This document shows positions 16,237 through 26,095 of a stretch of DNA of 33,650 bases, piece by piece; position 1 is the first letter of the stretch, and each line of letters begins with the position of its first letter. A program made the translations under genes and the position numbers. The notes under the pieces are model-generated. The model had not been told where the DNA came from. It saw only the letters and a list, made by a program, of their open reading frames with translations, and made no database searches. Source of the DNA: Bigelowiella natans CCMP2755 (Eukaryota; Protista; Cercozoa); the NCBI GenBank assembly GCA_000320545.1, contig ADNK01000963.1:1-33650 (forward strand). The letters run 5' to 3'.

Positions 16237-17383
16237 ATATATATATTCTCACATCTTGGTCTTTGTGGTCTAACAGCGAGGTAACGACGGGAACGCAGGC
16301 ATTGCCTTCCTTTGCCATATCTTGTCTCGTAATCATCATTTTCAAAACGCGGAGGGATCCGAGCTGAAACGAGGTAAAACGCAGTCAGGACAACCCCTTA
16401 ATGATCTTCAATGATTCAGTATTCAAGTCTTCCTACTTCGACTGACCTTTACTTGAGTTTCCTTATCATCGTTGGCGGATTTTATGCACAACTCTAAAAT
16501 TTTGGATTTTCGTTCTCTTGACATTCCTTGAGACGCACGTAGCACGCAAGCAGGCAACGCATAATAAGTTTTGAGCGTGCAAACTCATTAGTATTTTCAA
16601 AAGGAATCTGAGCTTCCAACATAATTTTAGTGAAATACATCTTGCCCAAAGGAAAACATGCCATCGGTAACATTGGACCTGGATGCTGCGAGAGCTCCCA
16701 CAAGCACTGAAAAGCCCCAGCGCGACAGTCAACAGTACCGTTCGATGCCTGAAAACGGGGTTGCATCAATCATAAAGCACATCATACAAATCCCACTCAT
16801 TATCTGAGCAGCAGCAGCAGGTTGCGAACTTACCACATCGACCAGAGCCTCAACAATCTGGGTTTTTTGTAGGAGTTCTGTTCGACTGCACCGCTGCCGA
16901 GCAAATTGGCTGATGCAATCGAGTGCTACTGGACTATCGAGATTACCTCCAACTAGCTGAACCAAATCTGTTGAAGAGAAAAGGAGATGTGAGGCGTAGG
17001 ATGCCAACAGAATAGAGAGTACACAGACGAGCTACTACATATAGTCTTGTTCTTTTGAACAACGATAGTTTAAATACCAGCTTTGACGGCACGAATAATG
17101 TCAGTCGGTCGTTTGCACATCTGCAGGAGCATTTCAAGGCCTTGATCTCTGAGCGTGGTTTTCTTATTCTTTGATGCCAATACTTTCGCTATTTCTTCGA
17201 ATGACCACGACCCGAAAGCCTGCCCGTTTCACACAGCATCTATCTCAATTGAGTTGTACTCGCCGAAGAATAACTATGTCTTTACCTTCGGAAGGTACGA
17301 ATCTGGTAGCGATTTCACATCGCCTTTACTTTCATACGTTTCGATGTGCTTTGTGGTCTGGAAGGCCTGTTCCTGTCAATGTT

Positions 17384-17417
<34 letters not shown>

Positions 17418-17549
17418 CGGACCCCACAGGGAGAACGAAAGACGTTTGTCCCTGGATCCCAACGTATAAATGCTGAGAGCATCAGAGACGCACACCACCA
17501 CCTGTGTTTCAGGGTCTTCGTCTCTCGGCGGCGCACCCTTCGTCTCCAT
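15111..17549 (-). CDS. RSPH14: ARM-repeat protein, radial spoke head protein 14 (RSP14/RTDR1)-like, multi-exon
   Basis: Spliced product METKGAPP...AFGSWSFEEIAKVL...LRDQGLEMLLQMCKRPTDIIRAVKAG...GKDSCIKSGAVPKLTKLLEDNLKQVRMYATAALMQISILKAGKLVMIEAKTVPVLL...NYALQCLTNL...AQSCLDKLSWEP, stop TAA at 15113-15111. The layout and W-x-P ending resemble RSP14. The ARM-repeat call is firmer than the orthology. Confidence 0.7.
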
Positions 17550-17899
17550 TTGGGGAAGAGAACGTTTTGTGTTGTCGGTTGCCGGTCGGTGCTGGCGAAG
17601 AAGGCACAGCAAATAACGCCAGCCAATCTGGGCGGTTTCCGAGATGGTTTTCGAGATTATCCGGAGACTCTCGGAGAAGACCGTGTTGGAAGCGTTCCGG
17701 AACTGCAGAAAATAAGTCAGTTTTTCAGATTGTCGGGCTGCGCAGACTCTCTTGGAGGTGTGAATGTGTTCTAATTTAGAGTCAGTTGTCGTGAAGATTA
17801 AGTCGCGATATGTAAATATACGGCGATTAAAAGATCAACAGGGACTGATGTTAGAACTAAACCCATCACCCGCACTTTTGCTCCTGCTAAAAACTCAGC
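17550..17899. promoter_or_regulatory. Divergent promoter region RSPH14/CCT7
   Basis: Start codons 350 bp apart, with GAGA motifs at 17641, 17653, 17664 and 17674. Confidence 0.5.
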
Positions 17900-20114
17900 A
17901 TGAGCCACCTCCTTAACCCGCGCATTGTTCTCCTCAAAGATGGGACTGACACCTCGCAAGGTAACAGAAGCATAGACATCAGTCTATAATTATCAAATGT
18001 CTAACATATTATTTCTCCAAAAAAAAATGGATTCTAAGGCAAGGGCCAGCTTTTGAGCAACATCAGTGCCTGCAACGCGGTTGTGGACATTGTCAAGACT
18101 ACCTTGGGACCCCGTGGAATGGATAAATTAATCCAAGTCGGCAATAAAGTGACGATATCTAACGATGGTGCCACCGTGATCAGCCTCCTGGACATCGTTC
18201 ATCCGGCTGCAGGCACTCTAGTGGATATCGCGAAGAGCCAAGACGAGATGGTGAGCTTTGCTGATTCGAGGAGGGAAAAAACGTTGTTCTGATTCCCGTT
18301 CGCATAAATAGGTTGGAGACGGTACTACCTCGGTAGTTGTACTTGCTGGAGAATTGCTCAAAAACATCCGTGGTTTCATTGAAGACGGCATGCACCCTCA
18401 GATCATCATCAAAGGGTTCAAGAAATCTGCCACGATGTGCGTGGATAAGATTAACGAGATCGCAGTCAAAGTTGATAAGAAAGACGAAGGGTAATTTGTA
18501 ATTCCATGTAATATAAATTTCACGTTCTCACTTGTCAATAAAACAGAAAATTCGAGGATTTGCTTCTGCGTTGTGCAAAGACAGCTCTAAACTCTAAGCT
18601 GATCGCAAAGCAGAAAGATTTCTTCGGCAAGATGGCGGTTGACGCGATTAAGCATTTGGATAGTGACATTTCTTTGGATCTGAACATGGTTGGAATCAAA
18701 AAAGTTCCTGGAGGGTCTACCACGGTGAGCATTTTTTTCCGGCGAATAATCGATAAAAGAAATGACATGACGGTGTGTTTCAGGATTCGTTCATTGTAGA
18801 AGGGGTCGCGTTTAAAAAGACCTTCTCGTACGCTGGATTTGAACAAGCACCTAAACTTTTCAAGGACCCTGAAATCTGCCTCTTAAATGTGGAGCTGGAG
18901 CTCAAATCCGAGTCCAGTAATGCGGAAATTCGAATTGAGGACCCAGCCAAGTATCAATCGATTGTTGATGCTGAATGGTAATAAACTTTTGACGAATTGT
19001 TATTATATACTATTATGTAATATTCCTTTGTTTACTTCTATACCTTAATACGATGGTTATTTTAGGAAAATAATATATGGCAAGCTGCAGGCAATTGTAG
19101 ACTCCGGTGCGAAAATTGTTCTTTCGAAACTTCCAATTGGGGACTTGGCCACCCAATTTTTCGCCGACCGAGGGGTATTCTGTGCGGGCAGAGTTGCCAA
19201 CGAGGATCTTGACAGAGTTGCCCAGGCGACAGGGGGTGTCATCCAAACTTCTTTGAACGATCTGAACAAAAAAGTTCTCGGAAGGTATGGGCGATTCTTC
19301 TTCTTCTTTCTTCTTCTTCTTCTTCACCTGGACCAAATATTGAAATCATCTCGGTTTTAGGTGTGGAAGGTTCGAAGAGAGGCAAGTTGGAAGTGAACGT
19401 TTCAATGTGTTCACTGGCTGCCCAGAAACGAAGACAACCACAATCATTCTTCGAGGTGGAGCGGAGCAGTTTATTGCTGAAACTGAACGATCCTTGCATG
19501 ATGCCTTGATGGTGGTGAAGAGGACTGTGGAGCACGCAAGCGTTGTTGGTGGAGGTGGAGCCATTGAGGTACCTTGATGTTTTCTCCTAAATATAAAAAC
19601 TCTGAATCATCCAAACCCCTTCAAATTTGTTTTGCTCTTCATTTTTCTAATGACATGAAATATCTGTGAATTAGATGGAGTTGAGCAAGCACTTGCGCGA
19701 TTATTCGCGAACGGTTGACACCAAGCAGCAGCTTGTGATCGGAGCTTTTGCAAAAGCCTTTGAAGCGATTCCAAGACAATTGTCGCACAACGCTGGGTTC
19801 GATGCGACTGACGTTATGAATGACCTTCGAACAGCGCATCATCAAGGTATGTGTCTAGATGCAGATGAGGGATCAAACTGAACCGGCCTGACTATTAATT
19901 GATTTCAGGTAAAATTTGGTATGGGGTTGATATAGATAACGAAGGAGTATGCGACACGATGAAGGCTTATGTATGGGAGCCTTCTGCAAATAAGAAAAAT
20001 GCAATCGTTGCAGCTTGCGAAGCAGCTTGCATGATTCTGTCTGTAGACGAGACCATCAAGAATCCAAAGGCGGGAAATATAGATGACCAGCGTCGTATCA
20101 ATCCTCGTGGATAA
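17900..20114 (+). CDS. CCT7: T-complex protein 1 subunit eta (CCT7), multi-exon
   Basis: [21 protein letters not shown]|[11 protein letters not shown]...[11 protein letters not shown]...TISNDGAT...VGDGTTSVV...[15 protein letters not shown]...[16 protein letters not shown]...[17 protein letters not shown]...[12 protein letters not shown], stop TAA at 20112-20114. Confidence 0.96.
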
Positions 20115-20705
20115 TTGGTAGACGTTGATTTCAAAAACTATACAGTGCAAACGTGGATCAGAAGTGGTCTAGTCATAGTACTGACAATATCGTAGAATTA
20201 CGCCCATCGGTTTAGATGTCGTGGGCATTATGATTCAAAGAGGTGTGTAATCTGATAATTCTAAACTGCTCGTTCGATTCACTTATGTCACATGGTCGAA
20301 CAAAGCACCTAGACATATAGACGTCATGCATTCTTCGTTGAACGCAGAATTACATGTGTAAAGCGCTTTTGCATCACATCGTCGTTGTCATGTTCCAGCA
20401 CAGCTTGCACTTACCAAATGACATCAAGTGTCACGCGCGCCGCCACGCGCGCGCTAGCGTGATGCGATGCGGTGGGAAACGCCAGAGAGGTCTCCATAGC
20501 TAGAGCTAGAGAGATGCCGCACGTGTGTCCATCAATCACTTCATTCGACGATTCATCTAGACAAAAGTCATCTAGTCGATCATGCACACATGAAGGACAC
20601 TACGCACTAGCTAGCTAGACTAGCTCCAGAGCTGGCAAGCTAGCAAGCACATGATGGTGGTGTCGCTACCGCTGTGACATGTGATCGATGCGGCTCAATC
20701 TCCCT

Positions 20706-21031
20706 TGTAGCGCGTACCACTACGCGGGCACAAGTCACGTGCGACAACAAAGGGGTTGTCGCGGATATAGAATATAGATAACGTAGATATTAATACAGCA
20801 TAGGCACGTGGGTTCCGGCGGGACTCATGGCAGCACACCGGAAGTGTGCTGCCCCACGTGCGGCGGCATTCGCGAAAGCTTCGCGAATGATTACGCAGTG
20901 CACGATTTAATAAAAATATAATCTTTAATAAAAATAAACACAACTCTTCAAAAGGAAGCAAACGTGCCTTTCCCCCCCCCTGCCTACTTGTGCACGTAGC
21001 GCCTCGGCCTGTGAACACCTTACGCGCAACA
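20706..21031 (+). repeat. 5' LTR
   Basis: TGTAGCGCGTA...TACGCGCAACA with a 10/11 terminal inverted repeat. Identical by eye to 26096-26421. Contains duplicated TTTAATAAAAATA (AATAAA signals). Confidence 0.97.
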
Positions 21032-21036
21032 ACCTT

Positions 21037-21055
21037 TGGCTTCCACACACGGGAA
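21037..21055 (+). promoter_or_regulatory. Putative primer-binding site
   Basis: TGGCTTCCACACACGGGAA starts 5 nt after the 5' LTR. TGG would pair with tRNA CCA, but the cognate tRNA was not identified. Confidence 0.5.
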
Positions 21056-21070
21056 ACGATTTGACTAACA

Positions 21071-24000
21071 ATGTCACAGCAGCTAGAAGAACAGCAGGAC
21101 TTTGGCTCGCAGGCCGTGCAAGGGCACGAGCAGAAACAGGAAAGGAAGGGCGATACGGACGCTAAGGAAGGAGGAGGAACACCTCCACAGGCACCGCCGG
21201 GACCAGCACCCGGGATTAAGAAAGCAGATGCAGCAGCAGAGGCACTGGAGAACTTCTACGAGGCGGACGACGAGGACGTGGCCGCCGAAAGCAAGAAGGT
21301 CGTAATGGCATTACGAGCCTTGCGACCCAGGGCGAGCAACTACGCCAAACTGAAAGTATCGATAGAATACAAGTATCAGACACATGATGTTTGGGCAGCT
21401 ATCATGCAGGACATCATGGATTACGAAGCAGACTTACCTCCAGAGTGGGCAGCTTTGTTTAGGAACGACGGGGGTCTGGGCGCCTCGCGGGGGACGACCC
21501 AGAGCACCGTCAAGCAGCAGCAGCCGGTACAGCGGAACACCCAGTTCATGTCTGTTAAAACAGCACCGGTTATGATAACGAAATACAACGGGAAAAGAGG
21601 TGAGGCAAGGAGGTGGTGGAAGAACGCTAGGAGTATACTCTGCGACTTTACCCCTAACCCCACCGAAAACGACAAGCTCAAATGGCTAGCTATAATAAAG
21701 CAAGCCATGGACCTTTACGAGACAGGCAGGACCCGGATCAGGCAGCTAGAGAAAATACACACTACAGTTAGTGGGCTACGAGACGTTGAGGCGATAATGA
21801 AGGCTTTTGTAAATGAACAGGATGCTAACTCCCTACCCCAGGCTATTAGAAAATACAGAGCAATGATGCAGCATGAGAGAGAACCTGTTAGAGACTTTGC
21901 CACGCGCTTCCAGGATATGATCGACGAACTACATGATTTTAATTACAACACAGGTGATGATCAGGCAAGGTTTGAAGAGTTCAAGTTAAAGATAAAGGAA
22001 TCCACTTACGTTACGGAGAAAGGCTACACCACGATGGAGGCAGCAGTGCAGGCTATATCCCTACGCGAGCAGGAGCAGGACCGCAAGTTTACCAGCCCTA
22101 AGGTACCTGGCATAGGAAACATTAACGCTATTAAGCCGCAGCGAGACTGGTACAAGGACAGGGAAGGTAACCGACGTTGCGGATACTGCTCACGTAAAGG
22201 GAAACACACCGCTAAAGACTGCAGAGACAGGAAAGAAGGACGACCCAGGATGACGATCAGGCAGCTCAACGAACACTACGAGAAGTTAAAGAGAAAGAAA
22301 GGCAGAGGACAAGGATATAACAACAGCAAATGGCAAGGCAGCAACAACGGGAAGAACAATAAATATAAGAACAAAAAGCAGAACAGTATCAATGCTATAC
22401 AGCAGCAGATAAACGGAATATTAGATCACCTTAAGCAGGCGCCGACGAAGACAGCAGTACCAGCAACGCAGGACCAAGACAAGCCCATGACCCTAGACGA
22501 CATAAAGAACTTAGGAGTATGCAACATTAATGACGAAGACGCTAACAGGACTATCAAAGTTGCTATGACCAAGGTTAAAGTTAAAGACAGCTACGGAGAC
22601 TACAAGAAACTACCTGCCCTTTGGGATAGTGGCAGCATGCCGAAGTCCTTCATAAGCCTAAGCACAGTAAGAAGGTTAGGACTATTGGATCAAGTGACTA
22701 AGAAAGAACGTAAATATGCTCAAGCAGACGGAAGCTCTTCCATGAAGACCGTCGGTGAGCTAATGCTAAAGCTACAGATACCTGGCAGCGACGCGGAGAC
22801 CCAAATCAAGACCCGAGTAGCCATGACTTTATCCATGGAACTACTCCTCGGACAGGATGCCCTAGAAAAATTAGGGGGGATCATATCATTCTACAATCAC
22901 AAGATATACTTTGCTAAGTTGCCAAAGAAGTCAGGCAGGACCATCAGCCAGAACATGATACGGCTTGACGAGTGGACCTCTGAGTCAAGCGTTAATGCGT
23001 TAGAGTTTATGGACCTAGCGGACAACAAGCTACCTACACCTACCGAGCTACGGAAGAAGAACCCCGGCAAGACCATCCGACAGATAACGGAGCTACTGGA
23101 CAAGACCCCCCCAGCTGATGATTGGGATATCGACAAAGGCAAAAAGTACATTAATAAAATATTAAACGAGAAGTACTCTGACATCACCAAGCCGACGACG
23201 AAGCCCTCCAGCAAGCTTACCCCAGTAAAGATCGAGCTAAAGAAGGGATACGAAGAGTGCATCATCAATGACCCAGAACATAGGCGACCGGAAGCGGACT
23301 GGGAAAAGATAGAGTGGCAGATCAATGAATGGGCAAAGGAAGGGAAGATAGAGCCAAGCAACTCACCATGGAACGTGAGACATGTGCTAGCTAAGAAACC
23401 TACTTACCCTTTCTTCCGCCTGGCGCACAACTTCATCCGCCACAACCGAGTAATAAAGAGGATCCAGACACCTACACCAAGGATAGATGACGTTATTGAA
23501 CACGTCATAGGATACAAATACTACTCTTCCCTAGATAAAAATGAATCATACATGCAGACACCCATCCACAAAACCTCCCGCCCCATTACCGCGTTCTCCA
23601 GCAGGCACAGGAAGTGGCACTTCGTCGTATTCCCTTACGGCCTAAGCATATCAGGGGATGCGTTCAGTAGTCAGAACTACAGGGCATACACACATGATGG
23701 GATGGCGTCTGTGTTGTGGGTGTTTGTGTTTGTGTATGTGGATGATGACATAATATGTACCAACACAGTCGTCGCTCAGATCTTCCTCCTGGAAAATATA
23801 TTTATTAGGTTTGCACACTTCGGTTTTACTATTAGACTGCAGAAGTGTACATTCCTAGCTACAAGAATCAAGTGGTGTGGATATTACCTGGAGCAAGGCC
23901 GCATCACCCCAAACCCCGAGAAAGTAGCAGCACTACAGCAAGCCCCTAAACCTAAGAATGCAAAGGAGTTAAAGTCATTCTTGCAGACTGCAGCTTGGAT

Positions 24001-26044
24001 ACTACGTAGGTTCTCCCCTACCTACGCTAGGACTGCAGCTGCTTTTACTACTGCTTACCGGAAGGAGAACTCTGTAGGCCTCAGCTTCGCTAAGGTGTGG
24101 GCCAAGGCTGGCCTTGATGCCCACTTCGATAACCTAATAAAGTTATGCAGCAACACCCTATTGAATGCTAAGCTAGACACTACTAGACCAGCTACCCTAT
24201 GGACAGACTGGTCTAAGCTAGGTATGGCTGCTGTACTTACCCAAGACCAGCAGATCATACGGGTGTGGGGCAGGGCCTGCACAGCAGCTGAGGCCAAGTA
24301 CAGCCCTACAAAAGGAGAGTATAAAGCCATGACTGAGGCGCAGAGGAAACTAAGATACTACCTGCTGTCGGTGCCCAGCTTCACCTTAATGACTGACCAC
24401 AAGCCCCTCCTAGGCATCGACCGCAAGCTCGAAGCGCCTAACGATGAGTATGCAGCTATGAGGGCGGACACGGAAGAGTTTAGGGACAAGAGGACAGTGG
24501 TCTACGCACCAGGAGACAAGCAGCTTGCTGACTATTTCAGCAGGCTGTTCGAAAAGAAAGTCCCTACCCAGGTCACCCCTATGGTTAACGCGATTACCTT
24601 CGAGGACGGCGACTTCCTGCCTGAGCCAGAGGAGCTCCAGCACCTTCAAGAACACCTGGATAAATACAAACACAAGCATGAGGTACTTAGTGATAGGATA
24701 TATGTATACACTAATAATGTTAGGCGTACCTACGTGCCACGGCGGACCAGGGGAGCCCTTCTCTTTACCGCCCATGGACCTGCACACGTAGGAGAAAACC
24801 ATATCACTGCTCTACTCTACCATTACTACTGGCCCTACAAGCTAAAAGAGATAAGGACATACCTGCGTGGCTGCAGGTGCTCCAGCTTGAAGGCGGCAGG
24901 CGTCGCCACCAAGGAGTCCAGCAAGAGCCGTGCATCTAAGAAAATCAAAGCAAGGAACTTCTTAGATATCGTGCAAATTGATGTTTATAAGTACGATGGC
25001 TATCACTACCTTACCTTCGTTGATGTGGCCACTGGAAAGTGCTGGGTTAAAAAGATTATCAAGGTCAACGTTGCTAAGAAGAACAAAGGCTTATATAAGC
25101 AGAGGCTTACTAACTGCTACCGTACCTGGGAGTCTGAGCTCCAGGCTATCCCTGATGAAGTTAGCATAAACAAGATACCAAAGAAGTTACATGTGGATAA
25201 TGAGACCTCTCTTCTACAGCTACCACACCCTAATATTGATGCCTCACCTGTATACTATGCCCAGTCCAACTCCAAGGTAGAGCGACTCCACCGCACCTTG
25301 GCCAACCTAAGCAGGATAAATAGCACCACACCAGACAAGATACAAGGGTTAGTAAACGACACCTTCACGTCTGGGGGAGGTATCAAGGATAAGGAGAGGG
25401 AAGAAGGCGACGACAACGACGACGATACCGAGAGCGAAGACGAGAAGGTCCCGTACGATGGCCGAGTTCTAAAGGAAGGACAGTATGTTAGGGCCAAGGT
25501 AAATCTGAGATCGAGAAATAAACAAGACCCCTTCTGGGGTGGCGTTGCAAAGGTTACCGAGAGGAAGGGGAGGAAGCAGTACTACATCTATGATGGGAAC
25601 AGGGTCACCTTGCGCCACATCAGTCACCTAAAGAATTATGATATCGGTGAGAAGCTCCTAGAGGATGTTAAAGTAAACCCTACTGTGTGGGAGCGAGCAA
25701 TGCCTTGTTTAGGACCCCGACCTAAGTTCGATGTGGAATATGGAAACAATAAGGTCAGGGTGAACGACGATTGGCGCATGAAGATTGTCTATCTAGGCTA
25801 CCCTGGATTACGAAATATGGAGAGGGTAGCTATGAAAATAAAGGACGGAAAATATCAGCTACTCTACCTAGCTGTTCCCGACTTACCCTTTGAGCACTGG
25901 TATAAGGTCCTGGGGGACCTTGATGCAGAGGGCTGGTATGGACACGAACCTAAGGACGAAGGTGAGTTCTGGGTAAGCGACAAAGGAGATAAGGTTAGAG
26001 AGGAATCTATTACCTGGTGGTTGGTGAAGTTCCGAAAGCGATGA
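21071..26044 (+). CDS. Gag-Pol polyprotein (capsid, Zn knuckle, aspartic protease, RT, RNase H, integrase, SH3-like CTD, C-terminal Dam-like domain)
   Basis: 1657 aa. Motifs: CGYCSRKGKHTAKDC; ALWDSG; IEPSNSPWN, FPYGL, YVDD; WTDWS, TDHKPL, LADYFSR; HGPAHVG...YYWP...CRC, VQID, VDNE, QSNSKVERLHRTL. Confidence 0.96.
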   Translation: MSQQLEEQQDFGSQAVQGHEQKQERKGDTDAKEGGGTPPQAPPGPAPGIKKADAAAEALENFYEADDEDVAAESKKVVMALRALRPRASNYAKLKVSIEYKYQTHDVWAAIMQDIMDYEADLPPEWAALFRNDGGLGASRGTTQSTVKQQQPVQRNTQFMSVKTAPVMITKYNGKRGEARRWWKNARSILCDFTPNPTENDKLKWLAIIKQAMDLYETGRTRIRQLEKIHTTVSGLRDVEAIMKAFVNEQDANSLPQAIRKYRAMMQHEREPVRDFATRFQDMIDELHDFNYNTGDDQARFEEFKLKIKESTYVTEKGYTTMEAAVQAISLREQEQDRKFTSPKVPGIGNINAIKPQRDWYKDREGNRRCGYCSRKGKHTAKDCRDRKEGRPRMTIRQLNEHYEKLKRKKGRGQGYNNSKWQGSNNGKNNKYKNKKQNSINAIQQQINGILDHLKQAPTKTAVPATQDQDKPMTLDDIKNLGVCNINDEDANRTIKVAMTKVKVKDSYGDYKKLPALWDSGSMPKSFISLSTVRRLGLLDQVTKKERKYAQADGSSSMKTVGELMLKLQIPGSDAETQIKTRVAMTLSMELLLGQDALEKLGGIISFYNHKIYFAKLPKKSGRTISQNMIRLDEWTSESSVNALEFMDLADNKLPTPTELRKKNPGKTIRQITELLDKTPPADDWDIDKGKKYINKILNEKYSDITKPTTKPSSKLTPVKIELKKGYEECIINDPEHRRPEADWEKIEWQINEWAKEGKIEPSNSPWNVRHVLAKKPTYPFFRLAHNFIRHNRVIKRIQTPTPRIDDVIEHVIGYKYYSSLDKNESYMQTPIHKTSRPITAFSSRHRKWHFVVFPYGLSISGDAFSSQNYRAYTHDGMASVLWVFVFVYVDDDIICTNTVVAQIFLLENIFIRFAHFGFTIRLQKCTFLATRIKWCGYYLEQGRITPNPEKVAALQQAPKPKNAKELKSFLQTAAWILRRFSPTYARTAAAFTTAYRKENSVGLSFAKVWAKAGLDAHFDNLIKLCSNTLLNAKLDTTRPATLWTDWSKLGMAAVLTQDQQIIRVWGRACTAAEAKYSPTKGEYKAMTEAQRKLRYYLLSVPSFTLMTDHKPLLGIDRKLEAPNDEYAAMRADTEEFRDKRTVVYAPGDKQLADYFSRLFEKKVPTQVTPMVNAITFEDGDFLPEPEELQHLQEHLDKYKHKHEVLSDRIYVYTNNVRRTYVPRRTRGALLFTAHGPAHVGENHITALLYHYYWPYKLKEIRTYLRGCRCSSLKAAGVATKESSKSRASKKIKARNFLDIVQIDVYKYDGYHYLTFVDVATGKCWVKKIIKVNVAKKNKGLYKQRLTNCYRTWESELQAIPDEVSINKIPKKLHVDNETSLLQLPHPNIDASPVYYAQSNSKVERLHRTLANLSRINSTTPDKIQGLVNDTFTSGGGIKDKEREEGDDNDDDTESEDEKVPYDGRVLKEGQYVRAKVNLRSRNKQDPFWGGVAKVTERKGRKQYYIYDGNRVTLRHISHLKNYDIGEKLLEDVKVNPTVWERAMPCLGPRPKFDVEYGNNKVRVNDDWRMKIVYLGYPGLRNMERVAMKIKDGKYQLLYLAVPDLPFEHWYKVLGDLDAEGWYGHEPKDEGEFWVSDKGDKVREESITWWLVKFRKR

Positions 26045-26086
26045 AGGTCTAAGGGAATAAGGAAGGAAGGAAGGAGCAACGTGACT

Positions 26087-26095
26087 TGGGGGAGG
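26087..26095 (+). promoter_or_regulatory. Polypurine tract (plus-strand primer)
   Basis: TGGGGGAGG immediately precedes the TG of the 3' LTR. A further purine run (AAGG)n lies at ~26058-26076. Confidence 0.85.

Noticed and set aside
20845-20905. Possible HDV-like ribozyme in the LTR (TGC-CCCACGT-GCG resembles P3/L3, followed by GG and a P4-like hairpin)
   Set aside because: There is no room for a 6-7 nt P1' strand and no C-containing J4/2 after the hairpin. The hammerhead core (CUGANGA/GAAA) is also absent. Kept only as generic LTR structure.
20695-21048. Minus-strand ORFs over both LTRs (also 26049-26522)
   Set aside because: They share sequence only because the LTRs are identical, use non-ATG starts and have no coding signature.
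23707-23748. G/T-only stretch in RT that looks like a microsatellite insertion
   Set aside because: It encodes the hydrophobic strand and catalytic motif in frame (SVLWVFVFVYVDD).
21071-26044. Classification as DIRS or Copia element
   Set aside because: Direct LTRs with a TSD, an aspartic protease and a DDE integrase after RNase H, with no tyrosine recombinase, give a Ty3/Gypsy organisation.
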